From: Octopus vulgaris
Taxonomy: Eukaryota
Length of the DNA stretch: 64,000 nt
NCBI GenBank assembly: GCA_951406725.2
Contig: OX597825.1
Location: forward strand, 61,628,001 to 61,692,000
Direction of reading: 5' to 3'
Shown piece by piece: positions 1 through 13,201 of the stretch. Position 1 is the first letter of the stretch. The number at the start of each line of letters is the position of its first letter. The translations under genes were made by a program, and so were the position numbers. The notes under the pieces are model-generated. The model was given only the letters and a program-made list of their open reading frames with translations, was not told the origin of the DNA and did no database searches.

Positions 1-1060
1 TATATAGCTTCATACATAGGCCTACGCATAATTATATGGTTGTTTTGTGAATATATATTTTGTTCATTCAGTTTTTGGTTTGTTTTCTATGTTAGAATAG
101 AAAAATATATTATTGCAGCATTGTTTAACTCTCAGGTGCCTTTCCTATTGCTAACCCTTACTTGTTTTTCAGGTGAGGGGTCACTTATTTCATATTCTTC
201 CATGTGAGAATTTGTTGACAGTTACAATAATATCACTCATAGCACATGATTTTCATCGAGCATATATGTAAACAAGCGCATATGTAAATCCATGGCAGCA
301 TATATCTACCTACACACATACACACACACATGCACACCCATAGATAAATATATAAATAGATCAGAGACAAAAAATGGAATTCATGAGATTTTTAAAAATT
401 CAAAACCACTACAATTGTTTCAACTCATTCTCCTACCTGTAGCTCATAGATGAGATACTGTGCAATCAATCATCTTGCATCACAGGTGTAGAATGCACCT
501 CCTCAGGAGACTTTTTAAAAAATAAGTTTCTCAGTGTATCTTCTCACCATTTCATTTTTGCCTTATAATAATGTATAACCAGGTAGGTGGTGCCATCAAG
601 CAGTTCTCTGTTGAATCTGAGACAAGACACACTTGCAATCAAAAAGTAAAGATACACAAGATACAAAGGACAAAACATGCATAAAATCAAAAATAAAAAT
701 AAAATTAAAGATAAATAAAAATACATAGATAAAACATACAAGAAATCAAAATAATGATTCAAATAAATATAAATATAGATATCTTTTAATTTAAGCTTGT
801 TTCAGTCTTTAGACTGCAGCCATGCTGGGGCACTGCCTTGAATAATGCTTAGTTGAATGGACCAGTTCCAGTATTTTTTCCCAAGTTTTACATGAATAGG
901 GGCCGGTCTTTTTGATAGCATCCACATTGTACCTATGAACAAAATAATACTCACAATAGTTTGGCCATCATTTTGTCATAGCTTCATGAGTTGTGAACTT
1001 CTTAACTCTTAAAATGATGGAGTTGTGAAATTCCTTACAAATTATCTTATTCTGAATACC

Positions 1061-1282
1061 TTAATCCTTTACTATTTAAACTGGCTGTATCTGGCCCCAA
1101 ATTTTCTGTCCATTCTGTGTCCAAACCAGATCAGGCCTCTCACACTAACCTACAATGTTGTTATAAAAATAAGCAATCATGTGATCAAAATCTTAAAGTG
1201 ACAATATCACATGATTATTTTAAAACAATGAGAATAAATAAGCATTGCATTTGACAGAGTAATCTGAATACTAAAGTTTTAA
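1061..1282. mobile_element. piggyBac-like MITE (TTAA-flanked)
   Basis: TTAA at both ends with degenerate short TIRs; reverse-complement copy of the same family at 50212-50439. Confidence 0.55.
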
Positions 1283-1512
1283 CCATTTTGGTAGCAACCC
1301 ACCTGAAACCACCTCTGGCTCTGTAGTACAAATCTCTTGTTTTCGAAAGTTCTGAATTAAAATCTTCCACCAAAAACTTAGTCACAAACTATGTTCCAAA
1401 CACTAGCTTAATGATTACTAAGTTATTTTTAACTAAATTCTTTGTTATATTTAAAATTAAATTGAAAGAAACACAGAGCATTTCAACAGAAATATGGTAA
1501 CAAAAAGGTTAA
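1279..1512. mobile_element. second piggyBac-like MITE sharing the TTAA at 1279-1282
   Basis: ttaaccattttggtagca ... tggtaacaaaaaggttaa imperfect TIR with TTAA ends. Confidence 0.5.
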
Positions 1513-2477
1513 GTTTTCCTTCCTTATATTGTATATGTATTTTCATGTAACTCTTTTTTTCCTTTCATTGAGTGTTTTTTGTCCTCTATGTTCGATTGTT
1601 CAACAGTTGAAAAGTATTGTATTCTAAGCACATGACTAACCTGTTTCTTCACAAACATTAATCTTTTTTACACTTCAACTCAATTTCTTTATACTTTCTC
1701 TTCCCTCACTAAATGTACGGTTCACTTCTGAGATTTTAACGACAGGTAAAGAAAGACAAAAAAAAAAAAAGAAAACCACTCTCTTGCAATATCAGAATAA
1801 ATTTAACTCCTTTCCTTTTATTTAAATTAATAGATTAATTAAACATCCACCTTTGCTTTGATACCATTCATTTCCTCATCCCAGTAGATTGCTTCATGAA
1901 AATAGTAATTTTCATTTTTGTAGAATCAAACGACATTATGTAATAAGTTACTGTCATCATTGTCATTATCACTACGTCAACCCCACCACTACCACCACCA
2001 ACAACAACAACAATACCGTTATCACTGTTTTACATCCACTTTCTTTTGTGGTTTAGATTTTCGGAGGCAGTGCTTTATTACCAGATGCTATTTCTGTCAT
2101 CAGTTATTTACAAGTATAAGAAGAAATTTTTAAGTTCCTAAGCATTTCAGAATGGACTGCTTAACTACCAATGCCTTCTTGTGCACTCTTTTGATTTCCC
2201 TCTTCAGACAAAAAAAAAATGATAAAGCTAATTCCAATATCACTACGGTCGTACGGTCATAGTTATCAAGCAGACCATGAACATCGCCCTTGAAGACAAG
2301 TCTCTGAGAGAGTGGTTATATCTATGTTGCATCTCACCAGTTCTCATGTGACATTTTTCTAAAGGTGTACAGCCACTCTTAGTTATGAAGTAGATTATGC
2401 ACATTCCCAACACAAAATATTTTTTACTCCAACCAGATTTTCTGTACCACATATCTTTCTATGGGTACATAATACAA

Positions 2478-2905
2478 GCAGGCATGGCTGTATGATAAGA
2501 AGCTTGCTTCCCAATCACATGGGTTTGAGTTCAGTTCTACTGTGAAACACCTTGGGCAAGTGTTTCTGTCACACCAAACAAAGCCTTGTGAGTGATTTGA
2601 TAGATGGAAACTGAAAGAAGCCCATCATATATATGTGTGTTTGTGTGTGTGTGTATGTGTGTGTGTGTGTGTGTATGTGTGTGTGTGTGTATGTGCATGC
2701 ATGTAGCTTTGTGTCTGTGTTTGTCCCCCCATCACTGCTTGAAAACCGATGTTGGTATGTTTACATCCCCATAAAATAGTCTGACAGAATAAGTACTAGG
2801 CTTACAAAGAATAAGTCCTGGGGACAATTTCTTCGACTATAATCCTTTAAGGTAGTGCTCCAGCATGGCCACAGTCAAATGACAGAAACAATTAAAGGAA
2901 TGAAA
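2478..2905 (+). mobile_element. SINE family A (tRNA-like head, ccttgggcaag central domain, internal TG microsatellite)
   Basis: Degenerate A/B boxes, gccttgtgagtg...ggaaactgaaagaagccc, tail ccagcatggccacagtcaaatgac; homologous to 60517-60890 and others. Confidence 0.8.
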
Positions 2906-3649
2906 GAATAATGGCTGACTCCAAACTGCCAGACAACACTAGAGATCAAGATTTAATTCATGTTTTCCAGAATATTCTTGGTCCCTGGATGACTGGTTGT
3001 TTCCTTAAATGAGGCTACCCAAATGCTGATGTAAGATACAAAATCCAAACATTCTCTTGGGTGATTAAAAGGCGGATAGGTGGTTAAATGCTTCCAGCTT
3101 TTCAGGCTTCTATGTATTGCTACACTCCTGTTATTACAGTGCTTTGAAAGAAAAAAGAAAAAAAGCCCAGCTTAGTCAGCAATTTCATTTCATTTAGTTT
3201 TACACATCTGCAAAATTTTAGATCCTATATTGGCTTACAATGCACCTCATACACTCTTCATATGCTGTTAGCATTCTATATGTATGCCTTGACTGTGTTT
3301 GTGTGTGATTGTGTTTGTGTGTGATTGTGTGATTCCAGGTTGCTTTATAATTCAAGTACTGTAAGCCTGTGGGTATATTACGTTATGAATGGTAATAGAA
3401 CAATTGGAGCCTAAAAATAAATAAGTTATTAGACTTCAACTATCAGGCTCAAAGATTGATGCTGAATGAAGGAAACAGGAATGAGATGCTACTGAATTCA
3501 ACAAGTAACATTTGCTTGTAAAAGAGGAAGAATTCTACGGATTTGAATGAGCTAATCCAACACTTATTTGCTAAGCTACCTGAAGGCAATAATTAATGTG
3601 TTTCATACTTCACTTGACGTAAGCGTGCATAAATAAATAAATAAATATG

Positions 3650-3653
3650 AGTG

Positions 3654-3685
<32 letters not shown>

Positions 3686-3808
3686 CACATGCATATATAC
3701 ATACATACATGCATGCACACATACATACATACATACATACATACATACATACATACATACATACATACATACATACATACATGCATGCATATATACATGC
3801 ATACATAC
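3650..3808. repeat. (TA)n/(TACA)n microsatellite
   Basis: direct reading. Confidence 0.95.
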
Positions 3809-4156
3809 AGAGATTATCAGTTCTGTTTAATACACAAGATGTCATAAGTTTCAAACTCACTGGAATTTTAGATGGCTTTTATGCACACACAAACACTTTA
3901 CAGAATTACTGGGTGGTTTTTTTACGTGCCACCTTGGTATATATTCACACACACTTACACACACACTCGCACACTTACACGCACACATTTATGTGGGTAT
4001 AAAAACGAAATTCTTAATCCCACAAAACTATGCCTGTACCCACTCACCCAAGCACTCACACACTCATACACGTATCTACACAAATATGCATAACATAGGC
4101 ATGGATTGGCATGGTTAAAAGTATTGACCACTTGTGTATGAGTATGCATGTCTGTT

Positions 4157-4204
<48 letters not shown>

Positions 4205-4237
4205 CATACATACATAATATATATATATATATATATA

Positions 4238-4393
4238 TAACAAAAAATGGAACAAGGATGTAACAGACAACAACAAAACATCTGGACAGTTAGACAATAC
4301 AAAAAAAGACAGGAATAAACAAAGATGATGTCATTTGGAGCTTCCTGTCCTCAGTTGAGTTCCAGATCATCTTTGCAGTTTTGGCCGGTTATA
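4238..4393 (-). mobile_element. PLE-like terminal-repeat fragment
   Basis: Reverse complement resembles 36580-36740. Confidence 0.4.
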
Positions 4394-4395
4394 TA

Positions 4396-4830
4396 TCATC
4401 ATCATCATGTCTGCTTTCCATATGGGTATAGGCAGGACAGTTTGACTGAAAATTGTTAAGCCAGGGAACTGCACCAGATTCCATTCTGATTTGCCAAGGT
4501 TCCTACAGCTGGATACCCTTCCTAGTGTCAACCACTCCAAGAATGTAGTGGGTGCCTTTCACGTGCCACCAGGATGGGTGCTATTGATGTGACACCAGCA
4601 TCTGTCATAACTATAATCTCACTTGGCTTGACAGGTCGACATAAGCATGGTATATCACCAAAGGTCTTGGTCACCTGTCACTGCCTCCATGATGCCCGAA
4701 GCTTGAACGGTGCTTTTCACATGGGTGACAGTTAGATGGCACTGGCATCAACTATAACTACAATTTCAGTCAGATGGCACTAGCATCAGCCACATCTACA
4801 ATTTCATGACCATGACTACGATTTCATGGC
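4396..4830 (-). mobile_element. repeat/SINE family B ((GAT)n tail, RTE-like 3' end)
   Basis: Reverse complement of the ggaagggcatccagctgtag...(gat)n family. Confidence 0.7.
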
Positions 4831-4939
4831 CGCAACTAATATATATATAAAGTTAATATAAACATGAAAACACAACAACGCGAGGAAGTGGAACAAATAT
4901 AGTGTTATTGGATACTCAGTAAGGAAGGGAAGAAGGAGG

Positions 4940-4975
4940 GTTTAACATTTCGAGCGGAGCTCTTCGTCAGAAACA
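4940..4975 (-). ncRNA. minimal type-I hammerhead ribozyme motif in a PLE-like repeat
   Basis: Minus strand GUUU-CUGACGA-A-GAGC-ucc-GCUC-GAAA-UG-UU-AAAC: stem I GUUU/AAAC, stem II GAGC/GCUC, intact core. Confidence 0.75.
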
Positions 4976-5315
4976 TAGGAAAAGGAAAGATCCACAGAAG
5001 GGAAGATGGAGGAAAAAATATATATATATTATATATATATATAATAATAATAATAAGGAATATTATTCCCAACTGTTATTACTGTCATCATTTCTTAAAT
5101 AAAGCCACGAAACATGTATAGTCATTTTACCAAATATATACGTTTTATTTATTATTTTGCACATTGCTTAATCATTGGTATATATTTTCATCTTATATTT
5201 TATTTTTTCTATAGTATGTAATTTTTTTCTATATGGTATAATTTAAGTTTTTCAATGGTGAATTGATAAAAAAGCTGAGTTTTTTTTCTAATTTATATAT
5301 ATATATTATATATAT

Positions 5316-6870
5316 AAAGGGTGTTCAGAAAGTAATTGTATTTTTTCACCACTATGAAATCTCAATCAGCCAATCACAGCAGAGCCAAGGTCAAATGTGC
5401 AGGAACTGTCTAGAAATAGTATATCATCTCTTCTATCTGGCAGTGTGTTGTTCATAGTTTTTGGTAATGATCCCCATTGAGGAAAAGAACTTTATGAAAC
5501 AACATATTCTTCATTGTTTAATGTATGAGTTTCAAAAGGAAAAGTACTGATACAGGAGCAATGATAAACATTTGTGAAGTGTATCCAGATGCAGTGAAAG
5601 CTTATACAGGTCAGCTGTGTTTTAAAAGGTTTAAAGATGACACAAGTGACAAACCTTGCTCTGGAAGACGATCCACTCTGAATGACGACCTTTTGAATAA
5701 GACTGTTATATTGGCTCCACTTCAAAGCACCAGAGACATGGTGTAAAAATTTAATATGTCATGTTGAACTTTCCAGGAAACATCTAAAGCAAATTGGAAA
5801 AACATGCAAAAAGGGAATTTGGGTTTCACCTGAGCTTACACTTGAGAACCAAACACAATGTTCCCTGCAGCAGTCTTCTAACAAGTAATCACAACCTGTC
5901 ATTTCTGCAATGCTTCGTTACAGGTGATGAAAAATGGATTTTGCATTACAACTGTAAACAAAAATGACAATGGCTATCATGTAATGAGTGGCCAGCGCCA
6001 ACACTAAAAGCAGAACTCCATCCACAAAAATCTTTGCTTTGTGTTTGGTGGAACATGAAATGTATCTTTCCTTACAAGATACAGGAACATAGAAGAACCA
6101 TCAATGCAGATGTCTATTGCCAACAACTTGATTGTATAAATGAAAAATTATGTTGAAAGTAACCAACTTTGGTAAACAGGAAAAGTGTTATTCTCCAGCA
6201 TGACAATGCACAGCCACACTTTTCCAAACAAATCCAAAGAAAAATAAGAGTGCTAGGATGAGAAGTTCTTCCATATCCTCCATATCCACCTGACTTAGCA
6301 CCTATGGACTTCCATCTGTTCCAATAACTAGTAAATTTAGAAGCAGAGAGGAAGTTGAAAACAGTTTTTCAGACATTTTTTTTCTGGAAAAGTAATAGGT
6401 TTTTGTGAATGTGGTATGTGGAAGCACATGGCCTAGTGGTTAGAGCAGCAGACTCACGGTCAAGGGATCATAGGTTCGAATCTCAGACCCAGTGATATGT
6501 GTGTTTATGAGCGAAACACCTAAGCTCCATGCGGCTCCAGCAGAATGTAATGGTGAACTTCTGCTGACTCTTTCGCCACAACTTTCTCTCACTCTTTCCT
6601 CCTGCATCTTGCAGCTCACCTGCATCAGAATGGCGTCCTGTCCAGGTGGGGAACCTATACGCCAAGGAAGCCGGAAAACCTGCCCTTATGAGCTAGGCAT
6701 GGCTCGAGAAGGAACAAAATGTGGTATAAAAAAGTTACTTTCCCATTGGACTGCAGTTGTTGAAAACTATGAGGATTACATTCTTGATTAAAACTATTCA
6801 AATGAATGTAATTTACATTCGTTTTTATATCCCTTCTGGTAAAATACAGTCACTTTTCGAACACCCTAAT
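5316..6870 (+). mobile_element. decayed mariner DNA transposon
   Basis: TIRs agggtgttcagaaagtaattgtatttt / aaaatacagtcacttttcgaacaccct; motifs WVSPEL, VTGDEKWI, HDNAQPH, PPYPPDLAPMDFHLF; stops and frameshifts. Confidence 0.9.
6418..6717 (+). mobile_element. tRNA-derived SINE family C inserted in the mariner
   Basis: A box TGGCCTAGTGG, B box GGTTCGAATC; 10-bp TSD aatgtggtat (6408-6417 / 6718-6727); homolog at 21272-21573. Confidence 0.88.
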
Positions 6871-8187
6871 ATATATACATGCATATATGTGTGTGTCCAT
6901 GTATGTGAGAATATGAATGTGTATATATGTGTATTTGTGTCACTTTGTTTTGATATTGTGCATTAATTATAAACAAACATTACATACAAGTAGTGCTGTT
7001 TGCTTGTAATTTTCCATGAAAATATGTCTAGAATTTATGTTATTCATGTTTGATGATCTAAAGGAGAAGTATAACTTTGCTTGGAAAAATGGAAACATGT
7101 GGGATCTGTCAGGAAGAAAGGCATACATTGATAAAAATTCTGGTAAAATGAATTTTGTTTGAAACATGCAAACATGGAAAACTGGACATTAAAACGATGA
7201 TGATGTATATTTTTAAACTTGTCTATGCATGCGTGCATGTGTGTGTGTGTGTGTGTATGTGTGTATGTTTGTATGTGTGTTTACTTGCTCTCTCTCTCTG
7301 TCTTTGCTTGGCATATTTAGAGCAAAACAGTGATGTCATCTTTACATGTTTCCAGTTAACAATAAGCTCTGTTGTTTCCAACTTTCAGAGACAAACGAAT
7401 AGAAGTACATTAATTGGAGAACAGGTAAGAATTAGAGACAGAAAAGGCATCAAGTCATAAAATACTTCCCCAGTAAATTTTCCTTCAACCCATGGTTGCA
7501 TAGTAAATTTCCAGTTAAAACGATGACAATGATTCAAACAGCTTTATTAAGAATATATATAGAAAAGACAATATCATTCACTCAATAAGGAATCATATTC
7601 CACCAACAAAAAATATGAGGTGTAATTGAACACCAAAAAGCGCACAAATTTATTATTGGCCCATTTTAAAAATGCCAGTTGCTGCTACCGATACTAAATC
7701 TTTACACACATAAGATGAGGTCTTTTATGAAGAATCCTTCTTACACCCACTACGTCTATATAGTACTCACTCCATATCTACTATTACATTAGCTTTTTAA
7801 TGTTCCAAACATTAATATGTTTTCACCTACTTAACTATTAGATATCAGTCTTATATTCTAGGACAGGGTGGATGGAAGGAAAAAAAATAATTAATGAAAA
7901 CTCTTTACTACATTTCATCACAATAATGTTTGCTAATGCCTATGTAAGAGATCAGTTTTTCCTATTTTAATATCCCTATCTGTCAGGCAAGGTTTATTTA
8001 TTATTCAAATACAATTCTTATCTTTGGAATTGTGATGAAAATAGAGAAATATTTCAGTTATGACCAAAAAATAATGGTTTCTTTGTCAGTATTGTATAGA
8101 GTATCTTTTTATCATCTGCTCTTTTTATGAGGATGCTGCAAGACAAAGAACTTACTGCCCTAACATGAAATAACTTTTGTTTATATA

Positions 8188-8697
8188 TGAGGGTCGGCTG
8201 AAAAATTCATAGGCTGATTCTGAAGGAGTGATGCTAGAGCTGTGAAATCATGTATGCATTAATTTTGACAGGGTGACCCTTGGATCGTAGGGTGGCCTGC
8301 TGTGCTTGAGGAGACCTGTTGAATCAAGTACATCAACATCAAAATAAAAATCAAATGGAAATTGTTGTTGTGATAACCGTGCCGCTGGCACATAAAAAGC
8401 ACCATCCAAACGTGGTTGATACCAGTGCCGCCTTCACTGGCTTCCGTGCCAGTGGCATGTAAAAAGCACCAACCAATCATGGCCATTGCCAGCCACCCCT
8501 GGCACCTGTTCAAGTGGCACATAAAAAGCACCCACTACACACATGGAGTGGTTGGCATTAGGAAGGGCATCCAGCTGTAGAAACGCTGCCAGATCAGACT
8601 GGAGCCTGGTGCAGCCTCCTGGCTTCCCAGACCCCAGTTGAACTGCCCAACCCATGCTAGCATAGAAAACGGACGTTAAACGATGATGATAATGATA

Positions 8698-8731
<34 letters not shown>

Positions 8732-9876
8732 CGACTCCTTATTAATGACTACGTTGTTTCTTTCCAGCTAAACTGGTCTCTGACTGTTCAAACTAGTATT
8801 GACCTTCTTTTGAAAATGGACAAAATTTTTGCATTGAGGTACCTGCAGAAAAAGAGTTTAATCCCCAAGGACATTCATGCTGACATGGTTGCTGCATTAG
8901 GGATGATGCTTCAGCTTTATGAACAGTGCAAAAGTGGGCAGACTGATTTAGGAAGGAAAGGGAAAGTCACGAAGTTGACTTAACGTCTGGATGTCTTGCA
9001 ACTGCTACCACTGAGAAAAACATTGATAAAGCTCACCACATGTTGATGGATGACAGGTAATTGGCTATAAATCAAATACTCAATGCTATTAGCATATCCT
9101 GTGAGCGAGTTGGGAATATTCTGCTCAATGCACTTGGCATGATGAAGGTTTCTGCTTGGTGGGTGCCACTTCATCTGACATCTGATCAAAAGTGCACCAA
9201 GCCTATCACACTGCATGAAAATCTGACATTGTTTCAGGCAGATCCAAGTGGTTTCCTCAAACATTTCCTTACCCAGGTTGAGTGTTGAGTTCATCATTTT
9301 AAGCCAGAGGCAAAATGACAATCCATGCAGTGGAAACAGCCCTCTTCATTTACTCAAAAAAAGGTCAAGGACGTTTCATCTGCAGGGAAGGTGATGGCCT
9401 CAGCTTGTTCGGAATCAAAAGGCATTCTGCTTATTGATTATTTTCAAAATGGCCACACCATCGATGGAGAGAGTTCCGAAACACCAAATGCTCAGGAAAA
9501 CTGATGAAAGTTGTCTTGTTTCATCAGTATAATGCTCCAGCACACAAGTCTCCTTTCTTTCCAAGGCTACCCTGCATGACTGTGGCTTTGAACTGGTTTA
9601 TCACTCTCCCTATTCTCCTAATTTGGCCCCATTTGACTATTATCTGTTCCCCCAACATGACAAAACACTTGGTAGTAGAGCAGTGAAGATGTAATACCTT
9701 CTCTTAATGTCTGTTTAGACCAACATGATGAAAGCTTGTTCACCAAGGAGATCCAAGAACTGCAACATCAATGGCATAAGTGTGTGGATCTCTAGGTAGA
9801 GAAGCCGGCTATGTTGAAAAATAAATCTCCTATGAGAGTTTCCTGGTTAGCTTATGAACTTTTCAGCTCACCTTTG
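8188..9876 (+). mobile_element. decayed mariner DNA transposon
   Basis: TA-flanked TIRs tgagggtcggctgaaaaattcataggc / gcttatgaacttttcagctcacctttg; motifs KVSAWWVPLHLT, QSMQWK, SAGKVMAS, HQYNAPAH, YSPNLAPFDYYLF. Confidence 0.9.
8270..8733 (+). mobile_element. family B repeat nested in the mariner
   Basis: Internal tggcacataaaaagcacc sub-repeats, ggaagggcatccagctgtag, (GAT)n tail. Confidence 0.8.
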
Positions 9877-10791
9877 TACACACACAAACACATACACACA
9901 CTCAAAATCAAACTCTCAAAGATTAAATAATTTTCTGTGTGGAATATACTAGACTAAGTTAATTAAATATATATTCCTGTTAAAAATATATATGCTGCAC
10001 AGACTGGAAGCCAAATGTAAAAAAGAAAAAAAGAAGCCAAATATAGAAAACCAACGAGAAAGCAAAAAATATTATTAGCCATTATACCATATTTCACCAG
10101 TCATATTCCTCCTTCATCTTTCCATAATCAATAAATTAAGTGCCATGAATTACAGCAGTAAATTCAGCTTTTGCTCACCACCTTAAAATTTGAGTCTTAT
10201 GCAACTGTTTATTGATTCATTAAAGCACTATTCTGGGTCCATATGACTCTTGCAAATCTGTCTGTGATCAACTAGCTGCCATGGTAACGAAGGTTTGAGT
10301 CTTGGGCAGTCCATCCTATGTTATAATTGCATTACCCCAGTCTTTGGTTGAAACCAGTAAATTTAAAAGAAAAAAAAAATAGTTATACTTCTATGATGCA
10401 CAACATATTTTAATCATTTTATTTTTTTTTATTTATCATTTTTTAAAACTATTCACTCATTACAAGGTCTTTAAACCACTGAAAATGTACGAGCTACTAA
10501 AATAAAATGGACACTAGATAGAAGTCAATTGGTGATGATATACATTAGACTTAAAAGACTGGAGGTCTTTTAAGACTGGATGTCTTTTAAGAGGAAAACA
10601 AGAATGTGGAAAGGAATGTTCAGAGGTGCGAGGGAAGAAACTGGTACCATAAAGTTCTTTACAACTCTTAGAAGGTTGCACAGTAATGAGATTGCACTGA
10701 TGACAACTGGATGCAAGTATAGTTGACCACTGATAGGTTCTTAAAAGAGGAACAACTTCTAATAATATCTAATTATAAAATTATAGAGATG

Positions 10792-11270
10792 AAATCGAAA
10801 TTGAACCAAATTCGATGACTGGCACCCATGCCAGTGAAGCGCTAACAGCTCCATCCAAACGGGATCACTGCCAGAGCAGCTGTCTGGCACGTAAAGAGCA
10901 CCATTTGAGCATGATTGTTGTCAGCGTTGCCTCACTGGCACTTGTGCTGGTGGCACATGAACAAACCATGCAAGCGAGGTTGTTGCCAGTGCTGCTGGAC
11001 TGACTCCTGTGCAGGTGGCACATAAAAAACACCAGTTTCGAGCGTGGCCATTGCCAGTACTGCTAGACTAGCCCTCGTGCTGGTGGCACATTAAAAGCAC
11101 CCACTACACTCTCAGAGTGGTTGGCGTTAGGAAGGGCATCCAGCCATAAAAAACTATGCCAGATCAGGTTGGAGCCTGGCGCAGCCATCTGCTTCTCCAA
11201 TCCTCAGTCAAATCGTCCAGCCCATGCTAGCATGGAAAGCGGACGTTAAACGATGATGATGATGATGATG
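10792..11270 (+). mobile_element. family B repeat
   Basis: same sub-repeats and (GAT)n tail as 8270-8733. Confidence 0.82.
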
Positions 11271-11400
11271 TACTTGCATAGCAAATGACCTGATCTGAGA
11301 TTGTGTGCTGGAACGAAAACAATTGCAGTGTGGAAGGTGTTTATAAGCCATTTAAGAAATACGCAAAATCCGTTAGATTCACTTCAACATTTAAATTTAA

Positions 11401-11451
11401 TTTGTCAAAATATTTCCGTCGCTTTGAGACCATGACCTGTTCACTGACAAA
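11401..11451 (-). ncRNA. hammerhead-like motif with G3/C8 core variant
   Basis: Minus strand UUUGUCA-GUGAACA-G-GUCAU-ggucucaaa-GCGAC-GGAAA-UAUUU-UGACAAA; 7-bp stem I. Confidence 0.5.
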
Positions 11452-11483
11452 ATTCCGTGCTGGTTTCTAATTATAAAAGTATG

Positions 11484-11616
11484 ATAGGATTCTTTTAAAT
11501 ATCAAATGACAGGAGTTGACATGATTAATAGGATTCTTTTAAATATCAAATGACGGGAGTTGACATGAGTAATAGGATTCTTTTAAATATCAAATGACGG
11601 CAGTTGACATGAGTAA
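11484..11616. repeat. three-copy ~44-bp tandem repeat
   Basis: ataggattcttttaaatatcaaatgacRggagttgacatga repeated three times. Confidence 0.9.
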
Positions 11617-12289
11617 AGTGGGAATCAAAGGAGTCCATAGAGGAAAAATGATTGAGAAACACTAGAATGTCGAACAAGGTAAAAATAGGTTGGTAGTTAA
11701 ATCTAAAAGGTATTATAAAGAACTGAGACAGTTCTACTCTGAAGATTTTGGTATCTATTTCAAACAATTCGCAGAAATGTTTATGGGTGCCTTTGGGTGC
11801 ACAAGACAAAAACAGAAAGATAGATATGTAAAGATAAGGGGTGCTCTAACAGGACCTAGCCACTTTTTTTATGTTTCACTTACTTTTAACTATAACTTGC
11901 TTCAATTACAATGGTTTATTGTTTATATATATTTTTTATTTCTGTGAAGATGCCTGTGTTTTAAAATTTCAGTTCTTCTATTTATATATTGTATAATGTA
12001 TTTTACTTATCTTCTAGTGTTTGAAGATCTTATCCACCTCACTCCACATATTTTCTTTGTAAAATAGCTAGTTATTATTTCTTTGAACTTTTCTGTATCT
12101 CACCAAGTCCTTGTGGACAATAAAGGAAAAATTACTATGATTATTTTTTTCAACACTTTCATGTTAGTTTCTTCTGCACCTGCATTTTCTTGAAGTGCAT
12201 TTAGCATTGTTCTTTGGGTGATACAACTGTGTCTGTGTGTTACTTGAGCTGTGCTTTATTGTGAATGTTTTCATATGTTTTTATAGTTG

Positions 12290-12630
12290 GTGAAGGCGCA
12301 TGGCTCTGTGGTTAGAGAGTCAGGCTCACAGTCATGAGGTAGTGAGTTCAATTCCCTGACCAGGCTGAGTGTTGTGTTCTTGAGCAAGACACTTTATTTC
12401 ACATTCCTCCAGTTCATTCAGCTGTAGCAATGAGCTGCAAAGTCACTGGTGCCAAGCTGTATCAGCCTTTACATTTCCCTTGGACAATATTGATGGCATA
12501 GAGAATTCCGGCTGGTATGCATGGGTGACTGCTGGTCTTCCACAAACAACATTGCCTGGACTCATACCTCAAAGGGTAACTTTCTAGGTGCAATCCCATG
12601 GTCATTCATGACCGAAGGGGGTCTTTACCT
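12290..12630 (+). mobile_element. tRNA-derived SINE family D (Meta-domain-like centre)
   Basis: A box tggctctgtgg, gagttcaattcc, cttgagcaagacactttatttcac...ctccagttcattcagctg. Confidence 0.75.
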
Positions 12631-12804
12631 TTTACCTTTATTGTTTGTAGTTTTTTTATTATTTTTCTTGATTGTTTGTGTAAAAGAAGAGCCATGTATA
12701 TTTGTATCCTTTTGTTTTGAGCAAAGGCTTGTGTGTCAGTTTGGTGTATGGAAGCTGAAAGAAGTGCATCATATGTATATGTGTGTGTGTTTATGTGTGC
12801 CACT

Positions 12805-13201
12805 GTTAGCACGCCGGGCAGAATGTTTAGCAGTATTTTCGTCTGCCGTTACATTCTGAGTTCAAATTCCACCGAGGTTGACTTTGCCTTTCATCCTTTC
12901 GGGGTCGATTAAATAAGTACCAGTTATGTACTGGGGTCGATGTAATCGACTTAATCCATTTGTCTGTCTTTGTTTGTCCCCTCTGTGTTTAGCCCCTTGT
13001 GGGAAGTAAAGAAATAGTTATTTCGTCTGCCGCTACGTTCTGAGTTCAAATTCTGCCGAGCTCAACTTTGCCTTTCATCCATTCGGGGTCGATTAAATAA
13101 GTACCAGTTATGTACTGGGGTCGATGTAATCGACTTAATCCATTTGTCTGTCCTTGTTTGTCCCCTCTGTGTTTAGCCTCTTGTGGGTAGTAAAGAAATA
13201 G
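12805..13201 (+). mobile_element. two tandem partial copies of SINE family E (Nin-domain-like)
   Basis: gcctttcatcctttcggggtcgattaaataagtaccag occurs twice about 185 bp apart. Confidence 0.8.

Larger units (their letters stand above)
10490..11690 (-). mobile_element. non-LTR retrotransposon 3' fragment (CR1/Zenon-like) interrupted by a nested insertion
   Basis: Minus strand encodes FFPRTSE...CFP...DLQSFKSNV; insertion 10781-11465 is bounded by a 13-bp direct repeat tctaattataaaa. Confidence 0.4.

Noticed and set aside
436-620. Minus-strand exon-like segment (cag|attcaacag ... ctacag|gtagg)
   Set aside because: Stops in the frames examined and no recognisable protein
2860-2900. Family A SINE tail cagtc-aaat-gactg-aaacaag as a ribozyme half
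   Set aside because: No upstream CUGANGA-type core; more likely a LINE-type 3' stem-loop
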